Below are positions 38,864 to 49,196 of a DNA stretch of 64,000 nucleotides, in pieces. Position numbers and translations under genes: made by a program. The notes beneath the pieces are model-generated. The model was not told where the DNA came from and made no database searches. It worked only from the letters and a program-made list of their open reading frames with translations. The DNA is from Tequatrovirus BCH953P4, in sequence record OZ035789.1. One strand, written 5' to 3'. Each line of letters starts with the position of its first letter. Position 1 is the first letter of the stretch.

Positions 38864-39314
38864 AATCCACCACTATTAAATCAATATCAGGAGTAAACAT
38901 GTCGATTAATTTAGAAACCTTATCCCAATCGCCGCCAGCAATACCGCAACCTATGCGTGGAATGTAAATTACTGGTTTAAACAAAAGGGTTTCTGCCTGT
39001 AGATTTAATTCTATCATGCAGTTTACTAAAGCACCATAATCAAGATTAGGACCCGGTTCATATTGCGTATACAGGTTATAGCATATACCAAATCCTGTAG
39101 GATTATGTTTAAAAACAATAGACATATCGCCTAATTTATCACGAGAACCGTACTCGGTAGTGGTTTTATCTATTTCCAAAATTTTAGGATAGGCTCTTGC
39201 TAATTGACCTGCTACGCCAGAGCCCATTGTGTGGAAGCAATTGCACCCATGCGCAATAATATTACCTTGAAGAAATAGGGCGACAAGATCGCCCTTGATA
39301 TATTTTACAATCAT
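38835..39314 (-). CDS. macro-domain-like protein (putative ADP-ribose binding or hydrolase)
   Basis: 159 aa; GDL...AHGCNC...GSGVAGQL and PRIGCGIAGGDWD resemble macrodomain signature segments. Confidence 0.55.
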   Translation of the reverse strand: MIVKYIKGDLVALFLQGNIIAHGCNCFHTMGSGVAGQLARAYPKILEIDKTTTEYGSRDKLGDMSIVFKHNPTGFGICYNLYTQYEPGPNLDYGALVNCMIELNLQAETLLFKPVIYIPRIGCGIAGGDWDKVSKLIDMFTPDIDLIVVDYESTLPASV

Positions 39315-39652
39315 CTAGTACTCAATCCTCGATTATAAGAATCTACTAAACGGTCAACCATTGAATGACAAGCGGCTTTATCTTTCTCCTCCGCAACTGA
39401 ACATTCTAAGGTATTCCACTTTTTAGCATATCGTTTTAACAATGTATCATTTTTGTATCTGCTTGATTTATCTCTTTCTCCGTCTTTATATGCATATATT
39501 AATTTCTGCGCAAATTCAGCTTGGCATGCTTTATTTTTCCCACAATAATCCGCGGCAGTACGGTTTACATACTCTCTAATTTCAGTATATGATGTATCTG
39601 CTAACGCAGAAAATGAAATTAATCCTATACATAAAACCAAAATTTTAGTCAT
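39311..39652 (-). CDS. secreted/periplasmic hypothetical protein
   Basis: 113 aa; N-terminal signal peptide MTKILVLCIGLISFSALA; four cysteines. Confidence 0.55.
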   Translation of the reverse strand: MTKILVLCIGLISFSALADTSYTEIREYVNRTAADYCGKNKACQAEFAQKLIYAYKDGERDKSSRYKNDTLLKRYAKKWNTLECSVAEEKDKAACHSMVDRLVDSYNRGLSTR

Positions 39653-40190
39653 TTACTATTTCCAAAAGTTTATTATTTTTAAGGTAATTAGCCTTTTCTA
39701 GGACTTCAGAAGCATATTTAGAACCAGCTTTAACATTCCATCCCGAATTATAAGAGGATATTGCTTTTCTTATATCGCCCTTATGTATATTTAACCAATA
39801 AGAAAGTTCAATGTACGCCCAGGAAGCTGAATTGGATCGTTTATTCAACATTCTTTTTATTTCAGCATCGGTCATATTATAACCAAGTTCCTTAACTCTT
39901 GCTCGCATAGTAGGCAAATAATTTTGGAACATTCCGTAGGCGTGATGCTTTGGTTTAGATTTTAAATTAACTCCGCCAGAGCTTTCTTGCCATAAAATGG
40001 CTGCCATTATATGGCCCAATCCGCTCTTGTGGATGTTTTTGTGTGTTTTATATTTTCCATCCTTAGAAAATTGTTCCCCGAATTGATATGCGTAGCGCAT
40101 GTTATCGAGTTGGACATTACTGAAAGTATGCTCGGAGCTATGTGCCATCATTGAAATGGCCAATAGACCAGCGAGTAGTGCTTTTCTCAT
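39645..40190 (-). CDS. secreted lytic transglycosylase-like protein (SLT domain)
   Basis: 181 aa; signal peptide MRKALLAGLLAISMMAHS; QESSG and YGMFQ motifs typical of SLT domains. Confidence 0.6.
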   Translation of the reverse strand: MRKALLAGLLAISMMAHSSEHTFSNVQLDNMRYAYQFGEQFSKDGKYKTHKNIHKSGLGHIMAAILWQESSGGVNLKSKPKHHAYGMFQNYLPTMRARVKELGYNMTDAEIKRMLNKRSNSASWAYIELSYWLNIHKGDIRKAISSYNSGWNVKAGSKYASEVLEKANYLKNNKLLEIVND

Positions 40191-40197
40191 GCTTACC

Positions 40198-40659
40198 TCA
40201 TTGAGTTTTAATTACTGCTTTAGAAGCCTTTCCTGGTAAACGACGACTGTTGATAATTGCCATCCTACATTGAAGCGACGGGTCTTTGAACTTCGCATTA
40301 GGTTTACAAACTGTAAATCCAAGCCAAAGATTTCCATCTGTGATTTCTAAACGTCCAGGGCGATATTCAACCCCATCAATAAAATCCTCGTCAATGTCAG
40401 GACGCGGAGGCATACTCAGGAATTCATTAACTTCTAAAACATGGTCTTTTATTTTGTGGAATAATTCAAAAACATATGTCTCATCAATCTCCCGTTGAAT
40501 TGCACGATCAAGAAGATGCTGAGAATATTTTAGATGAAACGATGAGACCCCTGCTGCTTTTGATGCCTCACGAATCTCATTGTTAATTTGACGAAACTCC
40601 GACTCAAAGTGACGACGAAGCTTATTTCGACGGATAAAAACTTCTGTGTTGATAGTCAT
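40198..40659 (-). CDS. regB: RegB sequence-specific endoribonuclease
   Basis: 153 aa as in T4 RegB; position. Confidence 0.8.
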   Translation of the reverse strand: MTINTEVFIRRNKLRRHFESEFRQINNEIREASKAAGVSSFHLKYSQHLLDRAIQREIDETYVFELFHKIKDHVLEVNEFLSMPPRPDIDEDFIDGVEYRPGRLEITDGNLWLGFTVCKPNAKFKDPSLQCRMAIINSRRLPGKASKAVIKTQ

Positions 40660-40718
40660 GTTATTCTCCTCTTAACTGATAGAAAAATTATACCACAGTC
40701 AAGAGGAAAAGTAAACAG

Positions 40719-41039
40719 TTATTCTTTAAATCTAATCAATTTATTCATAGACTTTGTAACTTCTGCACGAACCTCATGTAGATTTTTGAGCTGTTCAAGA
40801 CGCTGCTCATAGTAAGCAATTTCATCTTCTTCGAGACAGTCCTGTGAATCTTCTTTAAGATAGCGTGCATAGTCCTGGAAAGCGTTACGGACTACTTCCT
40901 GGAAATCATCAAGACTTTGAATTTTCTTAGGAGCAACAGATACACGACGAGGGGCAGTATAATACTCATAACCAAACCCTGCGCTTAATTGAGCCATTAA
41001 TATTTTTCCTCTGGTTGGAACACAGCACGACAAGCCCAC
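40719..41039 (-). CDS. hypothetical protein (vs region)
   Basis: 106 aa ORF. Confidence 0.5.
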   Translation of the reverse strand: MGLSCCVPTRGKILMAQLSAGFGYEYYTAPRRVSVAPKKIQSLDDFQEVVRNAFQDYARYLKEDSQDCLEEDEIAYYEQRLEQLKNLHEVRAEVTKSMNKLIRFKE

Positions 41040-41299
41040 ATACTGGCTTCTTTGAGTTTCGTTTTAGCAATAGTTAACTGATCGAGGCTTTCGGCATAAT
41101 TCTTCGCGAATTCACAGTCTTCACAATTATCTAGTGCTTCCCAGAATTCATCGTATAAAGCATCAAAGATAAGTCCTAAACGAACTTCAGCGTCTTTGAT
41201 GGCATTCACTTTACCGATTTTCTTTTCAGTATGCGGCTTATAACCCTTAATATCTTCAATCATATTTGACTTCCTCACCAGTACATAAATCATATTCAA
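40997..41299 (-). CDS. small hypothetical protein (vs region)
   Basis: 100 aa ORF (88 aa from the internal Met). Confidence 0.5.
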   Translation of the reverse strand: MNMIYVLVRKSNMIEDIKGYKPHTEKKIGKVNAIKDAEVRLGLIFDALYDEFWEALDNCEDCEFAKNYAESLDQLTIAKTKLKEASMWACRAVFQPEEKY

Positions 41300-41477
41300 C
41301 TAAACGAATAGGTTCATGAATGCCATATCCCTGAACAGAAATTTCTGTAGTAGGATAAATTCCATCAATATCACCCATGTTCCATGCTTCGTTAAATTGC
41401 TGTTCGCCTGAATTACTAAACCATTCGGCAAAAGCATTTAGCACATCTTCAGAACCTTCAATAATTATCTTTGCCAT
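41256..41477 (-). CDS. small acidic hypothetical protein
   Basis: 73 aa ORF. Confidence 0.45.
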   Translation of the reverse strand: MAKIIIEGSEDVLNAFAEWFSNSGEQQFNEAWNMGDIDGIYPTTEISVQGYGIHEPIRLVEYDLCTGEEVKYD

Positions 41478-41839
41478 TACAAACTCTCGGTAAAGGTACG
41501 AGCGATAACATCGCGCTGCTGTTCCGGAGTCAGAGAGTTAAAGCGAACTGCATAACCGGATACACGGATGGTCAGCTGCGGATATTTTTCCGGATGCTTA
41601 ACTGCATCTTCCAGAGTTTCACGACGCAGAACGTTAACGTTCAGGTGTTGACCACCTTCAATTTTAACTGTAGGTTGTGTTTCAATTTCAATTTCACGGG
41701 CGTGCAAACCATAGAAAATTTCTGGGTCTACAAAAGAGTCCTCTTTAAAGGTTTTAGAGACAATAATTCGCGCTTGAATACCATCTTCAAAATAAATAGT
41801 ACCTTTATGCGTGCCTTCAAGAATTTGATATGCTTTCAT
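41477..41839 (-). CDS. autonomous glycyl radical cofactor (GrcA/YfiD-like; T4 Y06I type)
   Basis: 120 aa; C-terminal RVSGYAVRF glycyl-radical motif; C-terminal 60 aa recalled as essentially identical to E. coli GrcA. Confidence 0.85.
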   Translation of the reverse strand: MKAYQILEGTHKGTIYFEDGIQARIIVSKTFKEDSFVDPEIFYGLHAREIEIETQPTVKIEGGQHLNVNVLRRETLEDAVKHPEKYPQLTIRVSGYAVRFNSLTPEQQRDVIARTFTESL

Positions 41840-41846
41840 ATAAACC

Positions 41847-42173
41847 TCAATTAGAAAATAAATTTATCCAAGATTGTTCTTTAATTAAAAATGGCTCAGA
41901 ATCATATGCCATTAAACTCTGTGTGATTAGTCCTTTAAAAGGCCCATCAATAAATTCCATGGTAAAATATGGAATTTTATTCATTAGCCGTGCATTAGGA
42001 GCAGTACATAAAACTCTGCATCCTTTGAATACACCCTTTTGTAATTTGTATTGCTTGGGATAAAATTCGCTCAAAATGTTATTATTCGCTAAAATTTCAA
42101 AATGATTCACCAATTTATTTTTAATAGTTTTTGGTGAAAAATAGAGATATTCGAAAAGCTGTGCGTCTGTCAT
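41847..42173 (-). CDS. hypothetical protein (start at internal Met)
   Basis: about 108 aa; the ORF-track N-extension overlaps the upstream gene. Confidence 0.45.
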   Translation of the reverse strand: MTDAQLFEYLYFSPKTIKNKLVNHFEILANNNILSEFYPKQYKLQKGVFKGCRVLCTAPNARLMNKIPYFTMEFIDGPFKGLITQSLMAYDSEPFLIKEQSWINLFSN

Positions 42174-42712
42174 CATTGCATTCCGATTACGAAAAACTGT
42201 GGACGAGTAATACCACCAATGCAACATTTACTATTGCAACAGTACTGTACAGTGTCAATATGAGCATCATAAATCTTATCCATATCAGGAGATTTGACAG
42301 GCTCATCAATTATATACAAAATTCGCGAAAGCGATAAACCTCTGAACTTGCTTCCTTTATTACCAATAAAACTGCGCACAGAATCAGTAAATAAACGAAA
42401 ACGTATATCATCATTAGAATAACGCGAAAATTCCTTTTTAATGTCATCTGCGGAATTTTTAGCATAAACTGAAGTATTAGAAAGAACAATAACTGTTCCG
42501 CCATCATACAACCAGTTAGCAGCGAAGTTAGTCACAGCAATTGATTTACCGGATTGACGTCCACCATCTATACGAAGTGTGCAGTACTGTTTAAGTAAGT
42601 CTTCAAATGATAGGATATAATCGTTTTTACAAATTTCTTCTACTCTAGCATCAGAATGGTGTGTAAAAGCATTCATCAGGGATAGATAAGGACCAGTTAA
42701 AAATGTTCTCAT
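42173..42712 (-). CDS. small P-loop NTPase-like protein
   Basis: 179 aa; Walker A-like GGRQSGKS and Walker B-like ILYIIDE. Confidence 0.55.
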   Translation of the reverse strand: MRTFLTGPYLSLMNAFTHHSDARVEEICKNDYILSFEDLLKQYCTLRIDGGRQSGKSIAVTNFAANWLYDGGTVIVLSNTSVYAKNSADDIKKEFSRYSNDDIRFRLFTDSVRSFIGNKGSKFRGLSLSRILYIIDEPVKSPDMDKIYDAHIDTVQYCCNSKCCIGGITRPQFFVIGMQ

Positions 42713-42864
42713 TTCTTCTCTCTAAATTTGGGCCATTCCATGGCGCATGAATTGTCCATTTCTGTATTTACCCATTACCGCACTTGGGCTCGACCTTATT
42801 ACAGGTTGGCGGGAATCCCTCACAGAATCATGAGGTCCAGCTTGTTCCCATATTTCTTATTTGC

Positions 42865-43338
42865 TTATTTGAATGATTTAACGTACTGAATAGAACCTTT
42901 ACTATTCACAAAGGCAATTTTACCATTTTTGTTATACATGGTAGCAGTACGCTGATAGCCATAAGTTTGTTTACCAGATTGATAACCAACTAATGCAAAA
43001 TTATCTTCACCCATTTTATTCTGTTTAGCGCGAATGCGTTCATGACCATGTGCCATAAGAACCTTAGCATCACCAGTTGCAATGGATCTACGAGTTTTTT
43101 CATCTTCAACTGTATTAACAAAGTCGTCAAATGAATCAAATTTAGCATGAGATTTATTATACAGTTTTCCATCTACTGCATAATTATATCCCTGTACATC
43201 CATCTCAACTTCTGTACCATCATCCAATACAGCAGTGATTTTTTGACCTTTTTTAAATTTCAAAAGATCAGTAAAAGATTCAGCAATAATTTGAGAATTA
43301 ATAGCTGCTTCAGTGATAAATTCTTGATATGTTTTCAT
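42865..43338 (-). CDS. capsid internal protein with N-terminal capsid-targeting sequence (IPII/IPIII-like)
   Basis: 157 aa; N-terminus MKTYQEFITEA matches the T4 internal-protein targeting consensus. Confidence 0.7.
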   Translation of the reverse strand: MKTYQEFITEAAINSQIIAESFTDLLKFKKGQKITAVLDDGTEVEMDVQGYNYAVDGKLYNKSHAKFDSFDDFVNTVEDEKTRRSIATGDAKVLMAHGHERIRAKQNKMGEDNFALVGYQSGKQTYGYQRTATMYNKNGKIAFVNSKGSIQYVKSFK

Positions 43339-43347
43339 ATGTTTCCT

Positions 43348-43764
43348 TTAAATGTAAATATTTTTACCGTAATACTTATACCAATGTGGTTTCATTAAAA
43401 TTTTTTCATCAAGTCGTTGTTGACTCAATTTAATAGCTGATTTGCATGGATTATAATCATTTTTCCATTCTACTGGAATATCGCTGATGTCAGGAACTTC
43501 AGTATCTTTTATACTGAACCCTCGTTTTAAGCATTCCGTTATAATGTCCGATTGACGCTTTCGCAAAAATTCTAACTTATCGTAAAAGAAAGTAACATGA
43601 CCAGAACCTAAAATAAATTTAGAAGATATTTTAAAATCTTTAACGCGCTTACCATTTGCCACATGCTTACGAACTATACCAAAAACACGTGGCAATTCAC
43701 GATATTCTGCGATTAAATGTTGATCAGCAAGTTCAGATACTAAAGTCAAATTAATACGAGTCAT
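43348..43764 (-). CDS. denV: endonuclease V (pyrimidine dimer DNA glycosylase)
   Basis: 138 aa; closely matches recalled T4 endo V ([17 protein letters not shown]...). Confidence 0.9.
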   Translation of the reverse strand: MTRINLTLVSELADQHLIAEYRELPRVFGIVRKHVANGKRVKDFKISSKFILGSGHVTFFYDKLEFLRKRQSDIITECLKRGFSIKDTEVPDISDIPVEWKNDYNPCKSAIKLSQQRLDEKILMKPHWYKYYGKNIYI

Positions 43765-43783
43765 TTTATCCCTCCAAGTAACT

Positions 43784-43820
43784 GTGAATATACTATCACA
43801 ATTCTAGGAGAAAGTAAACA
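43784..43820 (-). promoter_or_regulatory. early-type promoter upstream of denV
   Basis: tatactatc ... agtaaaca element. Confidence 0.5.
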
Positions 43821-43823
43821 ACT

Positions 43824-44792
<969 letters not shown>

Positions 44793-44811
<19 letters not shown>

Positions 44812-45092
44812 TCACTCACAAACTCTTTCATTGATTCATTTTCAATATAAGACATGTAGCTATTATATTCTTTTAATTGTATTTTGTAATCCTTTTTTCT
44901 TTGCCAATTTATTTTAAAATTATCATAATGAAAATATAACATGGTACCAAAGAATGAAAATAATGAAATAATTTTAGTATAGTGAAGTTCACTCCAAACT
45001 TCTGTTATATTTACTGTGCCGTCGATGTTTAAAATAAGACAGTCAATTAACAATCCAAAAAGACTACCCGCAAGAGCTGCAGCCAACGCCAC
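44793..45092 (-). CDS. small membrane protein
   Basis: 99 aa, hydrophobic N-terminal half. Confidence 0.45.
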
Positions 45093-45137
45093 AGCAAAAA
45101 TTAAAAAATGACTCAGGAAGAGAATATTTGACTTTAT

Positions 45138-45551
45138 TTAGTTTTGGCTTTTGCATCGTGATTCCTTAACAAATTTCATAATTTCATCAAATTCGTATGC
45201 AGCAAGTTTAAGCTGGTGTTCCTTTTTAATCTTTTTACACTGTGCTTTCCAATCACGTACGCGTTTACGATAATGTCTTCCTTGATACCAGTATCCTACC
45301 CAATTTACCGGTACTAATAAAAGTGGAACTACCAATGGAAGAATTAGCATTAACACAAGTATTTCGCCAGAATCAATATCAGTCATAACATCTAAAACAC
45401 CTCCAATAATCAATAGAATTACAAATGATATAAGTATAACAGGACCTATTAATACATCGGTAGAAATTATCTGGTGCTTTGATTCATACTTCAAAGGTTT
45501 ACTTGGAAGGTATAGTGATGGTTTTGACATATTCTCTACATTCCTTAACAA
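45138..45551 (-). CDS. membrane protein
   Basis: 137 aa with two long hydrophobic helices; start uncertain. Confidence 0.5.
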   Translation of the reverse strand: MLRNVENMSKPSLYLPSKPLKYESKHQIISTDVLIGPVILISFVILLIIGGVLDVMTDIDSGEILVLMLILPLVVPLLLVPVNWVGYWYQGRHYRKRVRDWKAQCKKIKKEHQLKLAAYEFDEIMKFVKESRCKSQN

Positions 45552-46110
45552 ATTTTTCTAATAATAAATCGCTTTCAAAATTGGGGTTTTCTACGAATTT
45601 ATCAAAAAGATCATCAACAATAGTTAAGATATTCTTTTTACTAAGAATACGTTTATTTTCATGCTTCGTTTCAGAATCAACTATAAGAGTAAAGAAATAT
45701 TTCTTTCCCTGAAATTTTACTGTAGTATCAATATAGAATAAATTTGACTTTTGTAAGTTACGTTTAAACCATGCGTCACTTAAACTATAAACACCGAGAT
45801 AATCAAAATCGTCGTTTAAATAACATACTGTCCATTCAGGAGAAATGAAATCAGTAAATTCAACATCAAAATCACACGTCAATGAATGAATTGATTCAAT
45901 ACTGTTAATAAGTATTCCAGGACGTATTAAAGACTTTTTACCTCTAGAAAATCTTCCAGAAAGACTTTCATCAGTTTCATATGAAGAACCCCAATAATAA
46001 TTACGTCCTTCTGCCATACGTTTAAGAGCATTTAATAATTGGTCTGGAACATCAACTTGTCTTTGGAATTCTTCAAACATTGAATTGAAATCAATTTGCA
46101 TTCTTCTCAT
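45499..46110 (-). CDS. hypothetical protein
   Basis: 203 aa ORF. Confidence 0.55.
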   Translation of the reverse strand: MRRMQIDFNSMFEEFQRQVDVPDQLLNALKRMAEGRNYYWGSSYETDESLSGRFSRGKKSLIRPGILINSIESIHSLTCDFDVEFTDFISPEWTVCYLNDDFDYLGVYSLSDAWFKRNLQKSNLFYIDTTVKFQGKKYFFTLIVDSETKHENKRILSKKNILTIVDDLFDKFVENPNFESDLLLEKFVKECREYVKTITIPSK

Positions 46111-46130
46111 TCCTATTTACTCCAAGTAAT

Positions 46131-46146
46131 AGGGGCCGAAGCCCCT
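46131..46146 (-). terminator. hairpin AGGGGC-UUCG-GCCCCU
   Basis: 6-bp stem with UUCG loop, identical core to the hairpin at 7271. Confidence 0.55.
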
Positions 46147-46151
46147 TATCA

Positions 46152-46745
46152 TTATTTCAGAGAATTAATATATTCCTGAACATCGGCAGAGGTAGTTTCA
46201 ACCCCAGAAATATTACCGTTAAAGGTTTCAACTCGAGCAAGAGTATCTTCAATATCAACCTTAGTCAGCGCTGCAATTTCAACTACATCATCGGCAGTAC
46301 TAATTCCAAGGGCATTTGCTGCACGAGTTTCACGGATATATTCCAATTTAACTGCAAGTTCTTGGCGAGCATCATCCAATTCAACTACTTTCTTGGCGAT
46401 TTCAATTCGCATTTCAGCATAACCATCAGCTTTAGTAGTCAACTGTTCAGCTGTTCGACGATATAGCAAACCGAGTTTAGCATGCATTGTTACATCTTGA
46501 CCTTCAGAAAGAAGCTTGCGAATTTCACGCTCTTTTGATTCGGCCTGCTTATTCTTTTCAATAACAAGTTCACGAATACGTTTTTCTTCATTAATAGATT
46601 TAACAGAAGCAGTTTTTAGGTCTTTAATTTTATCAAGCAGTTTTGCTGCTGCGGCAGTATACTGTTCTTCAACAGATAGATTTTTAGCCATAGCAGAACC
46701 AAGTTTAGTGCGAATAAACTCAACAATTTTCTTCAGTGTGTTCAT
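46152..46745 (-). CDS. coiled-coil protein with weak PspA/IM30-like architecture
   Basis: 197 aa, predominantly helical heptad repeats; resemblance is architectural only. Confidence 0.5.
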   Translation of the reverse strand: MNTLKKIVEFIRTKLGSAMAKNLSVEEQYTAAAAKLLDKIKDLKTASVKSINEEKRIRELVIEKNKQAESKEREIRKLLSEGQDVTMHAKLGLLYRRTAEQLTTKADGYAEMRIEIAKKVVELDDARQELAVKLEYIRETRAANALGISTADDVVEIAALTKVDIEDTLARVETFNGNISGVETTSADVQEYINSLK

Positions 46746-47035
46746 AGTATTTCCTTTAGTTAATTAAGGGTTTTATAATCCGTGGGAGTATTATACTCCG
46801 GATAGTTTGTAAACTATTTCAACATCGCCTTTTGCTGCTTTATAACCTTCAGCCCAAGATACAACCGAGTTTTTATCCGAAGATTCAAATTCTGGCATTG
46901 GGCTTTCGCCAATGTTCACGCAGTATGTTTCTTCATTTTCGTCGAACCAAATAATTAAAGTAGTCATTTATTTCTCCGTTTCTGTATTTGTTTTGATAAG
47001 TCTATAATAACACCGTCCTTGGTGTTTGTACACAA

Positions 47036-47299
47036 TTATTTCATATTATTGAAATATTCTTCTGCGATTTCGTCGTTATCATGGTAAACTTTAGAAGACA
47101 GTTTAACATAACTTTCAGCAGTGAACATGTTAATCACAACCTTTACAGTATACCACTGACCATCTTCATTACCCATTACTGCGTAAGTTTCAAACATCGG
47201 ATGATCAGGACCGATAACTTTAATATCATTCACTGTACGACCAAAATCTTCTGAAACACATTTCATAAAGAAGTTGAACAGTTCGCCGTAATTATCCAT
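47036..47299 (-). CDS. hypothetical protein (start at internal Met)
   Basis: about 87 aa from MDNYGELF; the longer ORF runs into the promoter. Confidence 0.45.
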   Translation of the reverse strand: MDNYGELFNFFMKCVSEDFGRTVNDIKVIGPDHPMFETYAVMGNEDGQWYTVKVVINMFTAESYVKLSSKVYHDNDEIAEEYFNNMK

Positions 47300-47340
47300 T
47301 TCATTCTCCAAGTTGTTTTTCTGTATCAGTAGTTGATAGT

Positions 47341-47376
47341 TGTATAGTACCATGGAAGAATAGGGATGTAAACAGT
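47341..47376 (-). promoter_or_regulatory. early-type promoter
   Basis: agttgatagttgtatagtaccatgg ... tgtaaaca, near-identical to the element at 4365. Confidence 0.55.
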
Positions 47377-47500
47377 TTTGTGAAAAATTTTTTAAAAAGT
47401 TTTGGGGGAATTCTAGGGCAGGGAGGGCAATTAAAGGATAGGATAATATATTATAAAGGATAGAAACTAAATGATGCCTAGAGAGGCCCGGAAAGGCCTA

Positions 47501-47524
47501 GATACCAAAAAGCCCCGACCAAAA
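47501..47524 (-). terminator. 10-bp GC-rich hairpin, copy 1 of a pair of direct repeats flanking the internal-protein gene
   Basis: agccccgacc-aaaa-ggttggggct with shared flanks ataccaaaaa and aag. Confidence 0.5.
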
Positions 47525-47541
47525 GGTTGGGGCTAAGAATG

Positions 47542-48015
47542 TTATTTGATTTGTTTAGCAGACCAAATGCGGTCTTTAATAATTTTTTGGATGTCTTCAA
47601 CATACTCAAGAGAGTGAACATGTGGGTTATCTTTGAAACTATAAGCACGAGCTAGCTTTTGGCCTTCAGTTTTGATTACTAAAAGCTCTTTAAGGATAGC
47701 TTCATATTTGGAGATAATTCCTTTAACAATATTTTTCTCTTGTGTAGCTTTAGGATCTGCTTTAGGAGCAGGTTTACCTGAAGCCTTTGCAAAAGCAGCT
47801 CCAGTAGCAACTAAACTTTTCCAGGCCATACTAACTGCATTTCCCGTAAATCCTTCCGCTTTCATGTCGCGTGCGAACTGGAATCGCGATTCATCAGAAG
47901 CATCTTTATAAGAATATTTACCCGCTGCAATGGCTGCTTTTGCGACAGCTTGAATTTCGGTGCTAGATGCTTCATTTAACACCGCTTCATTTAAAAATTG
48001 AGTATATGATTTCAT
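47542..48015 (-). CDS. capsid internal protein with N-terminal targeting sequence
   Basis: 157 aa; N-terminus MKSYTQFLNEA; alanine/lysine-rich. Confidence 0.65.
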   Translation of the reverse strand: MKSYTQFLNEAVLNEASSTEIQAVAKAAIAAGKYSYKDASDESRFQFARDMKAEGFTGNAVSMAWKSLVATGAAFAKASGKPAPKADPKATQEKNIVKGIISKYEAILKELLVIKTEGQKLARAYSFKDNPHVHSLEYVEDIQKIIKDRIWSAKQIK

Positions 48016-48069
48016 CTTATTTCCTGTTTTAATTCGTGGATTTAATATACTACTATATTTATACCAAAA

Positions 48070-48093
48070 AGCCCCAACCTTTCGGTCGGGGCT
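48070..48093 (-). terminator. 10-bp GC-rich hairpin, copy 2 (GAAA loop on the transcribed strand)
   Basis: agccccaacc-tttc-ggtcggggct; same flanks as copy 1. Confidence 0.5.
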
Positions 48094-48099
48094 AAGCCT

Positions 48100-48400
48100 T
48101 GCGGCAACCTTGTCGAGGTTCCACCTGCTAAGGCAAGTGTTTGTACGAAACGCCGGGACTTGAACCCGGTTATTAAGTAGTTGACGCTACTCAATATTTT
48201 TAAAAGGCCATATCTCGACCATATCCGAACGTTCCGTCAAAAACGCTACTCGGCTTACGGCAAAGATATTTCCTCGAATCGATAATTCGGTGCGCCGTTT
48301 CTGCTGTGATGTAAGAGGGCATTAGCAGATCGTAAAGATTTGTTAATGCCAGTCCTTAAACAGGGAACATCAGTCCGACGACTTACCGGTAGCGACCCGG
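48100..48400 (-). ncRNA. candidate small stable RNAs (T4 species 1/2 type) between tRNA-Arg and the internal-protein gene
   Basis: 300 nt with no ORF; GC-rich; T-arm-like ccgggttcaagtccc on the minus strand; T4 carries two stable RNAs at this location (recalled). Confidence 0.35.
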
Positions 48401-48409
48401 TTTCTTGTC

Positions 48410-48486
<77 letters not shown>

Positions 48487-48489
48487 TAG

Positions 48490-49155
48490 TTAAAATTTCA
48501 TTTTTCGACCTTTAAACCATCCTTCTGGAATTGGGTCAGTTTTCTTAATACGTTTAGAAACTTTTTCATCTAATGAATGAATCCACATCATACCAAATTG
48601 GGAATTCTTTTCACCTTGTTGGTGTTTATTTCTGGCGTGAGATTCTTTCATTTTATTAATAGTTTCAGGAGTATGGGTCTTACCCAAGAAAGATTTAGTA
48701 TTTAAAAATTTCTCTCTATACTTAGGATTATCCCAAAACTGTTTAAACCTTTCTGAACCCATTTTACGATATTTTTCTTTAAGGTCTGGGTCGTTCTCAA
48801 ATCTGGTTTTAAAAGCGGCAGCTCCTTTTAAGGAAGCTTCTTTCTTTTTATCCAAATATTCTTTAGTGTTTAAATGGTCCCAACCACCTTCACCACCTAA
48901 TTTCAAATTATAAACATCAGAGCGCTTTAAAAACTCTTCAGTCACAATATTCTTTTCTGACTCAAACATAGAGGTTTTATCGTCAAAGAACTCTAATATT
49001 TCTTTAGAAAAATTTTCTATACCATACTTATCTTGGGCTCTTTTTAATAATTTACCAGAACCCATATATCCATCATCTAAATTTTCGGTAGAATGAGCGC
49101 CTATATAGATTTTATTATTAATTTTATTTGTTATTTTATAAGTGTAATGGAACAT
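48490..49155 (-). mobile_element. segB: SegB-like GIY-YIG homing endonuclease within the tRNA cluster
   Basis: 221 aa; N-terminal YTYKITNKINNKIYIGAHST GIY-YIG motif; same location and length as T4 segB. Confidence 0.8.
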
Positions 49156-49196
49156 AAATATCTCCTATTTCTAAGAGTATTTATGTTCCCAAAATA

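Noticed and set aside
48100-48400. Additional tRNA genes in the 300-nt region beside tRNA-Arg
   Set aside because: T-arm-like motifs are present but I could not fold a complete cloverleaf with a proper anticodon arm; reported only as a candidate stable RNA region.
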